Positions 57,001 to 64,000 of a DNA stretch of 64,000 bases are shown piece by piece (the first letter of the stretch is position 1; each line of letters opens with the position of its first letter). Origin of the DNA: Candidatus Omnitrophota bacterium (GTDB lineage: Bacteria; Omnitrophota; Gorgyraeia; Duberdicusellales; 4484-171); NCBI GenBank assembly GCA_024231025.1, contig JAAEQW010000327.1:16022-80021 (forward strand), written 5' to 3'. Below the pieces are notes generated by a model, which was not told where the DNA came from, searched no databases, and saw nothing but the letters and a program-made list of their open reading frames with translations. The translations under genes were made by a program, and so were the position numbers.

Positions 57001-57304
57001 CTAAAAAATACCTCACAAGCTTAGATGTTTCGACTTTTAAATTATTTTCATCAATATCAGCATCGCCAGTATCTACGATAAAATCAAATTTTAAAGGGTT
57101 ATCAGGATAAACTTTCATTCCTTTCAAAACTGGGTAAGAATGAGGTTTAGAGCTTAAAAGCAATTGTATCGGTTGAGGCAAATCACAAACTGCTGGTTCA
57201 AAAAACTTAGAACGCAACAACCCTGATAGAATAGCAGCCCCCAGGATAGCCACTGCTACAATTGCTGCGATTAACTTAAATGAAATTGTTCCTTCTCTAA
57301 ACAT
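54050..57304 (-). CDS. 1084-aa modular protein: TM/signal, conserved N-domain, HEAT-like helical region, possible Cys-His deamidase domain, GGIDF tail
   Basis: Shared motifs PVLKG..NPL.FDFI, WVNLSPYE, QDYILKQL and RKYFSGG; C-terminal GGIDFD...QGE. Confidence 0.8.
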   Translation of the reverse strand: MFREGTISFKLIAAIVAVAILGAAILSGLLRSKFFEPAVCDLPQPIQLLLSSKPHSYPVLKGMKVYPDNPLKFDFIVDTGDADIDENNLKVETSKLVRYFLASLAIPEEDLWVNLSPYEKDRVIPEKLGMTEMGVELLAQDYILKQLMSSLTYPESELGKKFWDRVYAKVNELYGAVDMPINTFSKVWIMPEKVLIHVNGDTAFVVEGHLKVMLESDYLAFKKNLYNLEAKTVKSDIQNSKEINDVSSSIMKEIILPEIEREVNQGEHFAKLRQAFYSMVLATWFKRNLKEGLLGKSYADKGEVSGVDVEDKELKNEIYQQYVKAYRAGVYNYIKKEYDLYQHKAISRKYFSGGYTHHNPDAIQEQNVSSAVLENDIKHETHGEAFVAQVYIDVAKKLDHLYGVLDRIALSKEPEFMSLPKEAKEDDIMMAVIKYLKRRDNGKGHLITEDIDSDGNIIYILSDRLKVTTLGEEVVQEVMKGADGQGVKVIHLLLPGTDGGQGVIVGFQGEIKQQKEREKEELRWHKGGEFEGQNYGQGMSAFESSIKVAEDRGGEHAGSIAEIRRMEFRSTQEDAGIAASFERDVSQRVPGFRAWLWEVGRAVIREKEKILSDDHRKILSNVRKRLYYLIEHQNLEQLDRSIFGDIEVLAHFDLDKALYFLKELLYHRNEKVIQGACNKLKYFIRRPGYEEIVYDIFIEALHSDVESTSSYVLDTVLKDISLENPQAVTPKIVEAIGEVFKRGEEFSSQSAFRILSITATNPELQGEVKDKAIAIVKKAVSDEYYKVYPEGEDINDFLDSWMGNNSFSLMGLSLEDVPRAIIEFRSFEIIKPDKQTDFLTEEGGERVFVADVLSGKEGLDILENKFETIWVQENEGMLSEGLIPMRSHGFSGCHAVLIRDKCTDNYALFHFKREAPRLWGKRPFRKYIEYLGDGEKEAIYLSNNMRGAMRFAHESEEYLARKFGIKTLKFVEVNSGKHPWSLVFRPTTKQLIVYSGKEAYIFNAFAENKGIKQEGLPLTDSKTSTGGIDFDSAMWDLQTQGEATRFNDLVKNKDYEMSPLIRASPIVYRVFPANASYFTDNVDN

Positions 57305-57550
57305 TAAACAAACCTTCTCCTATCGATATATATATCATTAAAGTGTAACATATTAAATATACAAAAACGAGGGTGATTTCGAAGAAAATGCCTGATTTTG
57401 TTGGGTTTTTTGTAAGCGGTTTCGAGGCACTACAATCGTTTGCCTGCGGCAATACTCGGGGAAGCCTTAGTGGAAAATGCTCTAAATAATTAGGGCTTGC
57501 AAACTCTTTTGCCTGTCGGCAAAAACGAGTTCTCCTCGCGCAACCCCCTA

Positions 57551-57584
57551 AAAACAAAAAACCGCCCGAAAGGGCGGATTTTTT
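57551..57584 (-). terminator. Rho-independent terminator after tRNA-Asp
   Basis: Minus strand CCGCCC-TTTC-GGGCGG followed by TTTTTGTTTT. Confidence 0.7.
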
Positions 57585-57589
57585 ATTTT

Positions 57590-57668
57590 TGGCGGGGCCG
57601 ACGAGATTCGAACTCGCGATCACTTGATCGACAGTCAAGGGACTTAAACCAGGCTAATCGACGGCCCC
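57590..57668 (-). tRNA. tRNA-Asp(GTC)
   Basis: Cloverleaf with anticodon arm CTTGA-CTGTCGA-TCAAG, T-loop TTCGAAT and encoded CCA. Confidence 0.9.
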
Positions 57669-57695
57669 ATATTGTGTTATCTTTTACTGAAATAG

Positions 57696-57723
57696 ATTTT
57701 ATAGTATTTGCGCTTCTTGTCAA
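57696..57723 (-). promoter_or_regulatory. Promoter upstream of tRNA-Asp
   Basis: TTGACA (57718-57723), 16 bp spacer, TAAAAT (57696-57701). Confidence 0.5.
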
Positions 57724-57768
57724 CCTTTTTAGGCAACTTTCGTTTTCCTCTTCCTTGCTTACAACAAC

Positions 57769-57845
<77 letters not shown>

Positions 57846-57859
57846 TTATTGATTTAAAA

Positions 57860-57945
57860 TGGGCGGGGAGGGAATTGAACCCTCACGTCCGGTAAAGGAC
57901 ATGGGATTTTAAGTCCCAGGCGTCTGCCAATTCCGCCACCCGCCC
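57860..57945 (-). tRNA. tRNA-Leu(TAA)
   Basis: Long variable arm, anticodon arm TGGGA-CTTAAAA-TCCCA; CCA not encoded. Confidence 0.95.
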
Positions 57946-58000
57946 TCGTTTTCCAATTTGTTTTTTGAATGAACACTTAATTGCTCAAAGGCAAAATTTA

Positions 58001-58072
58001 AGGCGTGGGCCGGACTCGAACCGGCGCATAGCGATTTTGCAGACCGCTGCCTTACCACTTGGCTACCACGCC
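58001..58072 (-). tRNA. tRNA-Cys(GCA)
   Basis: Anticodon arm GCGGT-CTGCAAA-ATCGC, U73 discriminator; CCA not encoded. Confidence 0.95.
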
Positions 58073-58097
58073 GAAGTCGGCATTAAATACAAAGAGT

Positions 58098-58301
58098 TTA
58101 TTTTTTTCTTTTTACTCTAATCCTGCCTGCGGCAACTTCACGCAAAGAATTATTTAAGGCCTTCTCCCCCGGCTTATCAATTAGGGGCCTTTCTCCATCC
58201 GCTAAAGTCTGGGCTCGTTTAGCAACTAATATCGTAAGCTTGTAAATCGATCCGTTGCCAGCTGGCAAAAGCTCTTCCACTGGTATATGCATTCGCTTCA
58301 T
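58098..58301 (-). CDS. rpoZ: RNA polymerase omega subunit
   Basis: SIYKLTILVAKRA motif; follows gmk. Confidence 0.85.
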   Translation of the reverse strand: MKRMHIPVEELLPAGNGSIYKLTILVAKRAQTLADGERPLIDKPGEKALNNSLREVAAGRIRVKRKK

Positions 58302-58328
58302 TTTTTCTCCTGGTTTATTTTTGTACTA

Positions 58329-58910
58329 TTAGAAGCTGCTCTCTTTCGCAAGTATATCTTCCAATTCTTTAAGGGTTACGTCAAGATTTTTGTTTATTAC
58401 TAAATAATCATATTTTCTGCAAAATTGCAACTCTTTTTTTGCTAGCTCTATTCTTTTTTTCATAGCCTTTTTTTCATCGGCTCGTTTGCTCATCCGAACA
58501 TATAGGTCCTTTTTTGTTGGTGCAGAAATAAAAATTGTTACCACTTTTGCTTGTTTAAAATTTTTCTTTAAGTTCACTCCCCCTTTAACATCGATGCATA
58601 AGATTAAATCTTTTTTTTCTTTATTGGCTTTCGAATAAAGTGCCAGGGGGGTTCCGTAATAGTTATCAAGAACTTTTTCGCTCTCTAAAAACTTACCTTG
58701 TTTTTTTTGCTCTAGGAATTTTTCCCTGCTTATAAAAAAGTAGTCTTTGGCCTCTTTTTCTTTCGGTCTTTTTTGCCGCGTTGTAGCTGAAGTTCCCTTG
58801 ATAAAGTTTTCTTTTATAGCTTTTCTTCGAAACAAACGCGCCACAAGAGTGGTTTTACCAACTCCTCCTGGTCCAGAAATAACAAAAATTCTTGTTTTCT
58901 TTTTTCCCAT
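58329..58910 (-). CDS. gmk: Guanylate kinase
   Basis: SGPGGVGKTT, SATTR..RP.E....DYFF, YYGTP and YDYLVIN motifs. Confidence 0.92.
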   Translation of the reverse strand: MGKKKTRIFVISGPGGVGKTTLVARLFRRKAIKENFIKGTSATTRQKRPKEKEAKDYFFISREKFLEQKKQGKFLESEKVLDNYYGTPLALYSKANKEKKDLILCIDVKGGVNLKKNFKQAKVVTIFISAPTKKDLYVRMSKRADEKKAMKKRIELAKKELQFCRKYDYLVINKNLDVTLKELEDILAKESSF

Positions 58911-58920
58911 TTTTGGCGGG

Positions 58921-59703
58921 TTATTCAATATTTTGCGCTTGTTCTCTTATTCTTCCCAAATAGCTTTTCGATTCTACAATTGTTGCTGCCAGGCTCTTCT
59001 TTTTTGTTTTGCTAGATGCTGCGTTAAGCTCCCGCAAGAGTTCTTGCGTTAAGAAGTCGATGGACTTCCCGCTTGAAACGGTTTTTTCTGAACTAATGCT
59101 TTGTTGCATCTTATCAAGATAAAAAGAGATAAGAGAAATTTCTTCATCAATATCTTCTTTGGTGTTTCCATCACATGCCGCTTTTGGTTTGTGTTTTCTC
59201 ATCTTTTCGGTATTTGCCTTTAGTTTTCGCAGGTTTTTGTTCATCTCTCGCTTAATCGCTTCGCCTTCTTTTTTCTTAAACTCCAAGAGCTGCTTTATTG
59301 CTTCTTTTGCGGCAAGAAAAATTAGACTTCCTCCGTCATGCTTTTTTTCTTGGACCCAAACCACTTGTGGTAACGCTAAAAAGTCTTTTATTCTGATGTC
59401 TGGCTTTAGTTTGTGTTTTCGTGCTAGTTTTTTTGCTTGAGAAACATATTGCGAAAGAGCTTTTTCGTTAATTCTAATCTTTCCTTCCGGTGGGTATTTT
59501 GAAAAAACATAAACTTCGATTTTTCCCCGTTTAATTTTTCGATTTATTTCTTTTTTTATCTTTTCCTCCAACTCCATATTTTCCGGAGGAAAATTGTGCA
59601 AAGAAACATTTAGGTATTTGAAATTAGTGGAACGCAAAGCAATCTGAACGCTTTGCTCCTTTTCTGTTTTATGCACACAAGCATATGCTGTCATTGATTT
59701 CAT
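58921..59703 (-). CDS. yicC: YicC/YloC family endoribonuclease
   Basis: MKSMTAY start, RGK, DIDEEI, DFLTQE..RE.N and REQAQNIE end. Confidence 0.88.
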   Translation of the reverse strand: MKSMTAYACVHKTEKEQSVQIALRSTNFKYLNVSLHNFPPENMELEEKIKKEINRKIKRGKIEVYVFSKYPPEGKIRINEKALSQYVSQAKKLARKHKLKPDIRIKDFLALPQVVWVQEKKHDGGSLIFLAAKEAIKQLLEFKKKEGEAIKREMNKNLRKLKANTEKMRKHKPKAACDGNTKEDIDEEISLISFYLDKMQQSISSEKTVSSGKSIDFLTQELLRELNAASSKTKKKSLAATIVESKSYLGRIREQAQNIE

Positions 59704-59722
59704 CTGTGTTGCTCCTTTTGAA

Positions 59723-60169
59723 TTACACTATTTCATCGGGCCTAAACCAAAGTTCGATTTCTCGTTCGGCTTCTTCGCTGCTGCTTGAGGCATGAATTAC
59801 GTTCTCATATAATCCGTTCGTTAAAATTCTTCCGTACGCTCCCCGAACGCTAACCGGGTCTGCTTCTTCAGGGTTTGTTGTGCCCGCAATTTGACGCACT
59901 TTTTCAATTGCGTTTTCTCCGGCGTAAACCAAAGCCAACACTCTGTTTTCTCCGTATGGTTCTCCGGTTATGTATTTTAAAAGTTCCGAAAAAAAAGGCT
60001 TTTCTTGTAAATGATGATAGTGTTTACGTGCCAGCTCTTCGGCTACTTTCACCACTTTAGCGCCAACTATTCTTAGTTTGGTTTCCGAAAGCCTAGTCAA
60101 AATATTCCCAGTAAGAGATTTTTTCAATCCATCAGGCTTAATAATAACTAGGGTTGCTTCGTCTTTCAT
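59723..60169 (-). CDS. ndk: Nucleoside diphosphate kinase
   Basis: TLVIIKPDG, KPFF, G.TNP and NVIHAS motifs. Confidence 0.95.
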   Translation of the reverse strand: MKDEATLVIIKPDGLKKSLTGNILTRLSETKLRIVGAKVVKVAEELARKHYHHLQEKPFFSELLKYITGEPYGENRVLALVYAGENAIEKVRQIAGTTNPEEADPVSVRGAYGRILTNGLYENVIHASSSSEEAEREIELWFRPDEIV

Positions 60170-60987
60170 GTTATCCTCCTGGTAATTCTCTCTAAGTCGT
60201 TTAAACTATAGTATTCGATGATCATTTTCCCCTTGTTTGTTCTTTTGTTTGTAATTGTTACTTTTGTTCCTAGGGCTTGCTGAAGCTTTTCTTCAAGCTC
60301 GCGAACAAAAGGATCGTCTTTTTTCTTTTTTGGCTTAGTGCGTTTTTCTATCTCTCGTACCGAAAGACCACCCTTGAGTATATCATGAAATAAAGAAATT
60401 TGTTTAGTTTCTCCTGAGACTGACAAAATCGTTCTTGCCTGACTACGATTGATTATTCCTTTGCGCAGTGCTTTTCTTATTTCCAAAGGAAGCTTTAACA
60501 ACCTGAGCGTATTTGCAATTGTGGTTTTGTCTTTTCCTACAACCTTCGCAACATCTTCCAAAGAAAAAGCAAATTCGTCCATTAACCGCTTAAGAGCCTG
60601 TGCCTCATCAATCGCGTTTAGATCTGTTCTTTGTAAATTTTCAACAATTGCCAAAATAAAAGTGTCCTTATCGTCAAGCTCCTTAACGATCGCCGGAATA
60701 TCTTTAAGTTCAAGTAGCTTCGCTGCCTGATATCGTCGCCCTCCGGCAACAAGTTCATATTCATCTTCCCCTGTTTTACGAACCAGCACGGGCTGGATAA
60801 TTCCTTTCTCCCTTATGGAACGTGTTAATTCGCTTAACTCCACCGGGTTCATCTCTTGGCGGGGCTGGTACTTTCCGATCCTTATCTTGTTTAGCGATAA
60901 GTGAACAAACTCTCTAGCTGCGATCTCTTCTTTTGGTTTTTTTGGTATTAAGGCCGCTAAACCCTTTCCCAGTGCTCTTTTTTGCAT
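60166..60987 (-). CDS. parB: Chromosome partitioning protein ParB
   Basis: ALGKGLAALI, QPR, G.RR, ENLQR.DL and an HTH. Confidence 0.95.
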   Translation of the reverse strand: MQKRALGKGLAALIPKKPKEEIAAREFVHLSLNKIRIGKYQPRQEMNPVELSELTRSIREKGIIQPVLVRKTGEDEYELVAGGRRYQAAKLLELKDIPAIVKELDDKDTFILAIVENLQRTDLNAIDEAQALKRLMDEFAFSLEDVAKVVGKDKTTIANTLRLLKLPLEIRKALRKGIINRSQARTILSVSGETKQISLFHDILKGGLSVREIEKRTKPKKKKDDPFVRELEEKLQQALGTKVTITNKRTNKGKMIIEYYSLNDLERITRRIT

Positions 60988-61036
60988 TCTTGGTTCCCTC
61001 CTCTAGGATAGACATAACTCCTTCGGACACAGTGTG

Positions 61037-61864
61037 TTATGCACTAATTCTTTTCTCATCGAAAGCAACGCTTTCTTTCGATTGTTCGGATTTTTTGTCT
61101 ATTTCAATTTTTTCTTTTAAAATTTCTTCAGCTAGATTGAGATATGCCTTCGCCCCAACACACCCAGGGTCGTAAAAATGTATCGGTTGCCCAAAACTGG
61201 GCGCTTCAGCAAGTTTTATATTGCGTGGAATAATCGTATTAAACGTTCTTTCTTTAAAAAAATTGCGCACCTCCTCTATCACCTGCAGGGTCAACCTGGT
61301 TCTGAAATCGCCCATGGTAAGCAAAACTCCTTCGATACCTAGCGCCGGATTTAATCTCTCCTTTACTAAGTCCATGGTGTGCAACAACTTAGAAACCCCC
61401 TCCAACGCATAATATTCGCATTGTATTGGTATGATTAGCTTATCTGCCGCAACAAGAACATTCACGGTAAGCAACCCTAGTGATGGCGGCGCATCAATCA
61501 CGATGTAAGAGAAGTCGTCTTTAATTTTGGACAGTTCTTCCTTTAGTTGGAGTTCTCGGTTTTCCAGATTTACCAACTCTATTTCTCCGCCAGTTAAGGA
61601 AATGTGTGCGGGAATAATATAGTGGTTAGGCCATTGCGTCGGATAAATACTTTCTTCCAAGGAGGCGTTCCCCATAATTACTTCATATATGGAGTTTTTT
61701 CCTTCACTATCAAATCCTGACCCAGACGTTGCGTTCCCCTGCGGATCCATATCGACCAACAAGGTTTTTTTGCCAGCGAGCCCAAGATAGGAGCTGACAT
61801 TAGTTGCGGTAGTGGTTTTTCCTGTTCCGCCTTTTTGGTTACATACTCCAAAAATTTGTCCCAT
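61037..61864 (-). CDS. parA: Chromosome partitioning ATPase ParA/Soj
   Basis: NQKGGTGKTT, DMDPQGNAT, DAPPSLG and EAPSFG motifs; ATG at 61864 with GAGGGG upstream. Confidence 0.95.
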   Translation of the reverse strand: MGQIFGVCNQKGGTGKTTTATNVSSYLGLAGKKTLLVDMDPQGNATSGSGFDSEGKNSIYEVIMGNASLEESIYPTQWPNHYIIPAHISLTGGEIELVNLENRELQLKEELSKIKDDFSYIVIDAPPSLGLLTVNVLVAADKLIIPIQCEYYALEGVSKLLHTMDLVKERLNPALGIEGVLLTMGDFRTRLTLQVIEEVRNFFKERTFNTIIPRNIKLAEAPSFGQPIHFYDPGCVGAKAYLNLAEEILKEKIEIDKKSEQSKESVAFDEKRISA

Positions 61865-61929
61865 ATCCCCTCTTTTGTTAAATTGTGGGATTGTTGCATT
61901 TTGCAACAGTACCAATACTTATTCGCTGC

Positions 61930-61945
61930 GTTTTCACGTGAAAAC
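61930..61945. promoter_or_regulatory. parS-like site 1
   Basis: Palindrome GTTTTCACGTGAAAAC upstream of parA. Confidence 0.8.
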
Positions 61946-61963
61946 GCTTCTTGCTCTTGCCAG

Positions 61964-61979
61964 GTTTTCACGTGAAAAC
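61964..61979. promoter_or_regulatory. parS-like site 2
   Basis: Same 16-bp palindrome, extending to 22 bp (61961-61982). Confidence 0.8.
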
Positions 61980-61987
61980 CTGCTCTT

Positions 61988-62017
61988 ATTGTAATACCAA
62001 ACTAGGGCGTTTGTCAA
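61988..62017 (-). promoter_or_regulatory. parAB promoter
   Basis: TTGACA (62012-62017), 18 bp spacer, TACAAT (61988-61993). Confidence 0.55.
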
Positions 62018-62220
62018 GACTAAGTTTTATACCGGACAAGTTTAGCCCTCTCTCGCTGCCAACTTCTTTAAGACTGCTAGAACCTCTGAGGGTGCTGTTG
62101 TAGAATACAACCACACCACTGTTTGTTGCTGTGTAGATTGTGCAAAAATTTTCCTTTTTTGGTTTGGTGGTGTTTGCGATTTGCGTATTGTTTGCGGGAC
62201 TTTTTTTGCACGCTGGGTGC

Positions 62221-62236
62221 GTTTTCACGTGAAAAC
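62221..62236. promoter_or_regulatory. parS-like site 3
   Basis: Same 16-bp palindrome just past the yidC stop. Confidence 0.8.
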
Positions 62237-62243
62237 GCTCTTC

Positions 62244-63800
62244 TTAGGTGGTTCTTTTTTTCGCTGCTTTCCACTGAGTATGAAAAGTAAAAAGACTATT
62301 TGTGAACCAATATAGCAAAAGTGCAGCCGGTAGATTATACAGAAACAAGATCATCATTACCGGAAAGATAGTCGCCATGATTTTCTGCTGCTGTGCTTGC
62401 TCAGAGTCCACCGCCGGGCTGGTAAACTTCATCTGCATATACATCAAAATAGCGGTCAGAATTGGTAAAATGTTTATCCACGGCCCTAGATTAAACGGCA
62501 AAGAAAAAGGAAGATGGAACAGCCTGTCCGGTAACGACAAGTCTTTGATCCATAAAAACTTGGCTCCTTTGAATTCAAGCGCTCTGGGAACAACATTCCA
62601 AAAAGCCCATATTATTGGGATTTGAAAAAACATCGGTAAACAGCTGCTAGAACAGCCTTTCATTGGATTAAAATTGTGTTTTTTATAAAAAGTAAGGGTT
62701 TCTTGGTGGAGCTTTTGCGGATTATCCTTGTACTTATTCTTAAGTTTTTTTATCTCTTCGTTGTGCGCCTCCTGAAATTCGCGCATTTCCATCATCCCTT
62801 TGGTGCTTTTACTCGTCAAGGGGTAGAGGAGAAGATAAAGCCCGCTACTGAAAAGAATAACACACAGCCCCCAGTTCCGCACAGCGAGGTGGAGGAGGTG
62901 GAGAATTTTAACCATAACAACACCGATGCCGTGGAAAAATCCATAGTGTATAACTCCTTGCAGCCCAAGTGGTTTTAAAAGTTCCTTTTTTTGAGGCCCT
63001 AAGTAAAGGGTTATTTCTGCTCCCGGATTGTTCGCATATAGTGCAATTGTTTTGCCTTTCTCGCCTTTTACCCACCTTATATCATAATCGCCTTCGATCA
63101 GCGCAGCACAAAAATACCGCCCACGACTCCCAGCAAACTTTACGTTTTCAAAGGAGATTTCATTCGACACCAAAGGCGCTTCCTGCCCTTGTAGCGACCC
63201 TGTTGCTCTGCTTACGAGAGATTTTTTGGGAACGATTTTTTTAAAGGCCTTTCGCTGGACACCTTCTTCGGTCGAATAGAAAAACTCTTGATATCTTTGG
63301 TCTAACATGTTGGTAGACAGCGCGTTAGAGAAAAGTACCACCTGCTTTTCATTTGACGAAAATTCTATTTTTAATTGATTCCCCTCAAAAGTGTATGTTT
63401 TTTTGACCCCATCGGCCGAAACAAACATCAGTTTGTTGTTTTGGACTTCGGCTGCAAACTCAATACCCTTATGCGAGGGGACCACGCCAATATTCTCAAA
63501 TCCAAGGTCCTGCTCAAAGGCATTAGAACGAACAGAGAAAATATATCCGCCTGTGGGGGAGTAGGTTATGACGTAATTGTCCATTTCTACCTGCGGAAGG
63601 TCTTCTTTTTTGGCTTCGGAGATTTCTTCAATTCCCACCGCTGAAGCTTGTTGGCTTAGAGCTTGCGGTCGAGGTTGACCCTGAAAGTCATTTTGCTGTT
63701 TTTCCGAAGCTGGCTGAGGAGTAAACCGGCCTACAAGGTGAGAATACCCTATGAACAAAAGGATCGTTAGGATAAATGCGTAAAAAAATCTTTTTTCCAT
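62244..63800 (-). CDS. yidC: Membrane protein insertase YidC
   Basis: NWG..I, YK....NP..GC, QIPI, FLWI.DLS.PD and LYW..N motifs. Confidence 0.92.
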   Translation of the reverse strand: MEKRFFYAFILTILLFIGYSHLVGRFTPQPASEKQQNDFQGQPRPQALSQQASAVGIEEISEAKKEDLPQVEMDNYVITYSPTGGYIFSVRSNAFEQDLGFENIGVVPSHKGIEFAAEVQNNKLMFVSADGVKKTYTFEGNQLKIEFSSNEKQVVLFSNALSTNMLDQRYQEFFYSTEEGVQRKAFKKIVPKKSLVSRATGSLQGQEAPLVSNEISFENVKFAGSRGRYFCAALIEGDYDIRWVKGEKGKTIALYANNPGAEITLYLGPQKKELLKPLGLQGVIHYGFFHGIGVVMVKILHLLHLAVRNWGLCVILFSSGLYLLLYPLTSKSTKGMMEMREFQEAHNEEIKKLKNKYKDNPQKLHQETLTFYKKHNFNPMKGCSSSCLPMFFQIPIIWAFWNVVPRALEFKGAKFLWIKDLSLPDRLFHLPFSLPFNLGPWINILPILTAILMYMQMKFTSPAVDSEQAQQQKIMATIFPVMMILFLYNLPAALLLYWFTNSLFTFHTQWKAAKKRTT

Positions 63801-64000
63801 TAGATTAAAGGGTCATACCCGCCGCGGGCCCAAGGGTTGCACCGAAGGATTCTGTAAAAAGTGAGTCTACCTGCCTTTAAAAAAGAGTATTGAGAAAAGG
63901 CTTCCTTAGCATATTGAGAGCAAGTAGGGAGATACTTACACCTAGCCGGTAAAAATAACGTCGAAATTTTTTGGTAAAAAGCAATCAGAAAAAGCGCAAG
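63800..64000 (-). CDS. yidD: Membrane protein insertion efficiency factor YidD (5'-truncated by the window end)
   Basis: Translation read by hand: ...YQKIS....RCKYLPTCSQYA....RILRCNPW..GGYDP; the stop overlaps the yidC ATG. Confidence 0.9.
   Translation of the reverse strand, partial: LALFLIAFYQKISTLFLPARCKYLPTCSQYAKEAFSQYSFLKAGRLTFYRILRCNPWARGGYDPLI

Noticed and set aside
54050-57590. tRNA-Asp-anchored genomic island
   Set aside because: I found no integrase and no duplicated tRNA 3' end in the window; adjacency alone is not enough.
61678-62274. Short ORFs between yidC and parA
   Set aside because: They run across parS palindromes and the promoter and have no recognisable domains.

Overview
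AT-rich bacterial chromosome segment near the origin, with yidD-yidC, three parS-like palindromes and parAB at the right end. Gene content suggests Candidatus Omnitrophota (inference). From left to right: (1) the end of a type IV pilus/T2SS-like operon (minor pilins, pilMNOPQ, ExeA/ExeB-like). (2) An ~17.6 kb minus-strand cluster (8427-26040) encoding a type II aromatic polyketide synthase (KS-alpha, chain-length factor, ACP, TcmN-type aromatase, a second cyclase, SDR, acyl-CoA ligase, MFS), plus a B12 radical SAM enzyme, an aldehyde:ferredoxin oxidoreductase and a phosphorylase/isomerase/aldolase set resembling 5'-deoxyadenosine salvage. (3) rlmD and era. (4) Three large paralogous proteins (2634, 1375 and 1084 aa) that share an N-terminal signal plus a ~290-350 aa conserved domain and a C-terminal GG(I/V) motif, but carry different cytoplasmic-type cargo (histidine kinase, two sigma-70 domains, methyltransferase, phosphohexomutase, possible deamidase). 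(5) An integrase-less integron cassette array with six attC sites, bracketed by two REP-associated tyrosine transposase fragments that themselves end in attC sites. (6) Four tRNAs and housekeeping genes (rpoZ, gmk, yicC, ndk, parB, parA, yidC, yidD). All calls come from motifs read by eye; no database searches were run.
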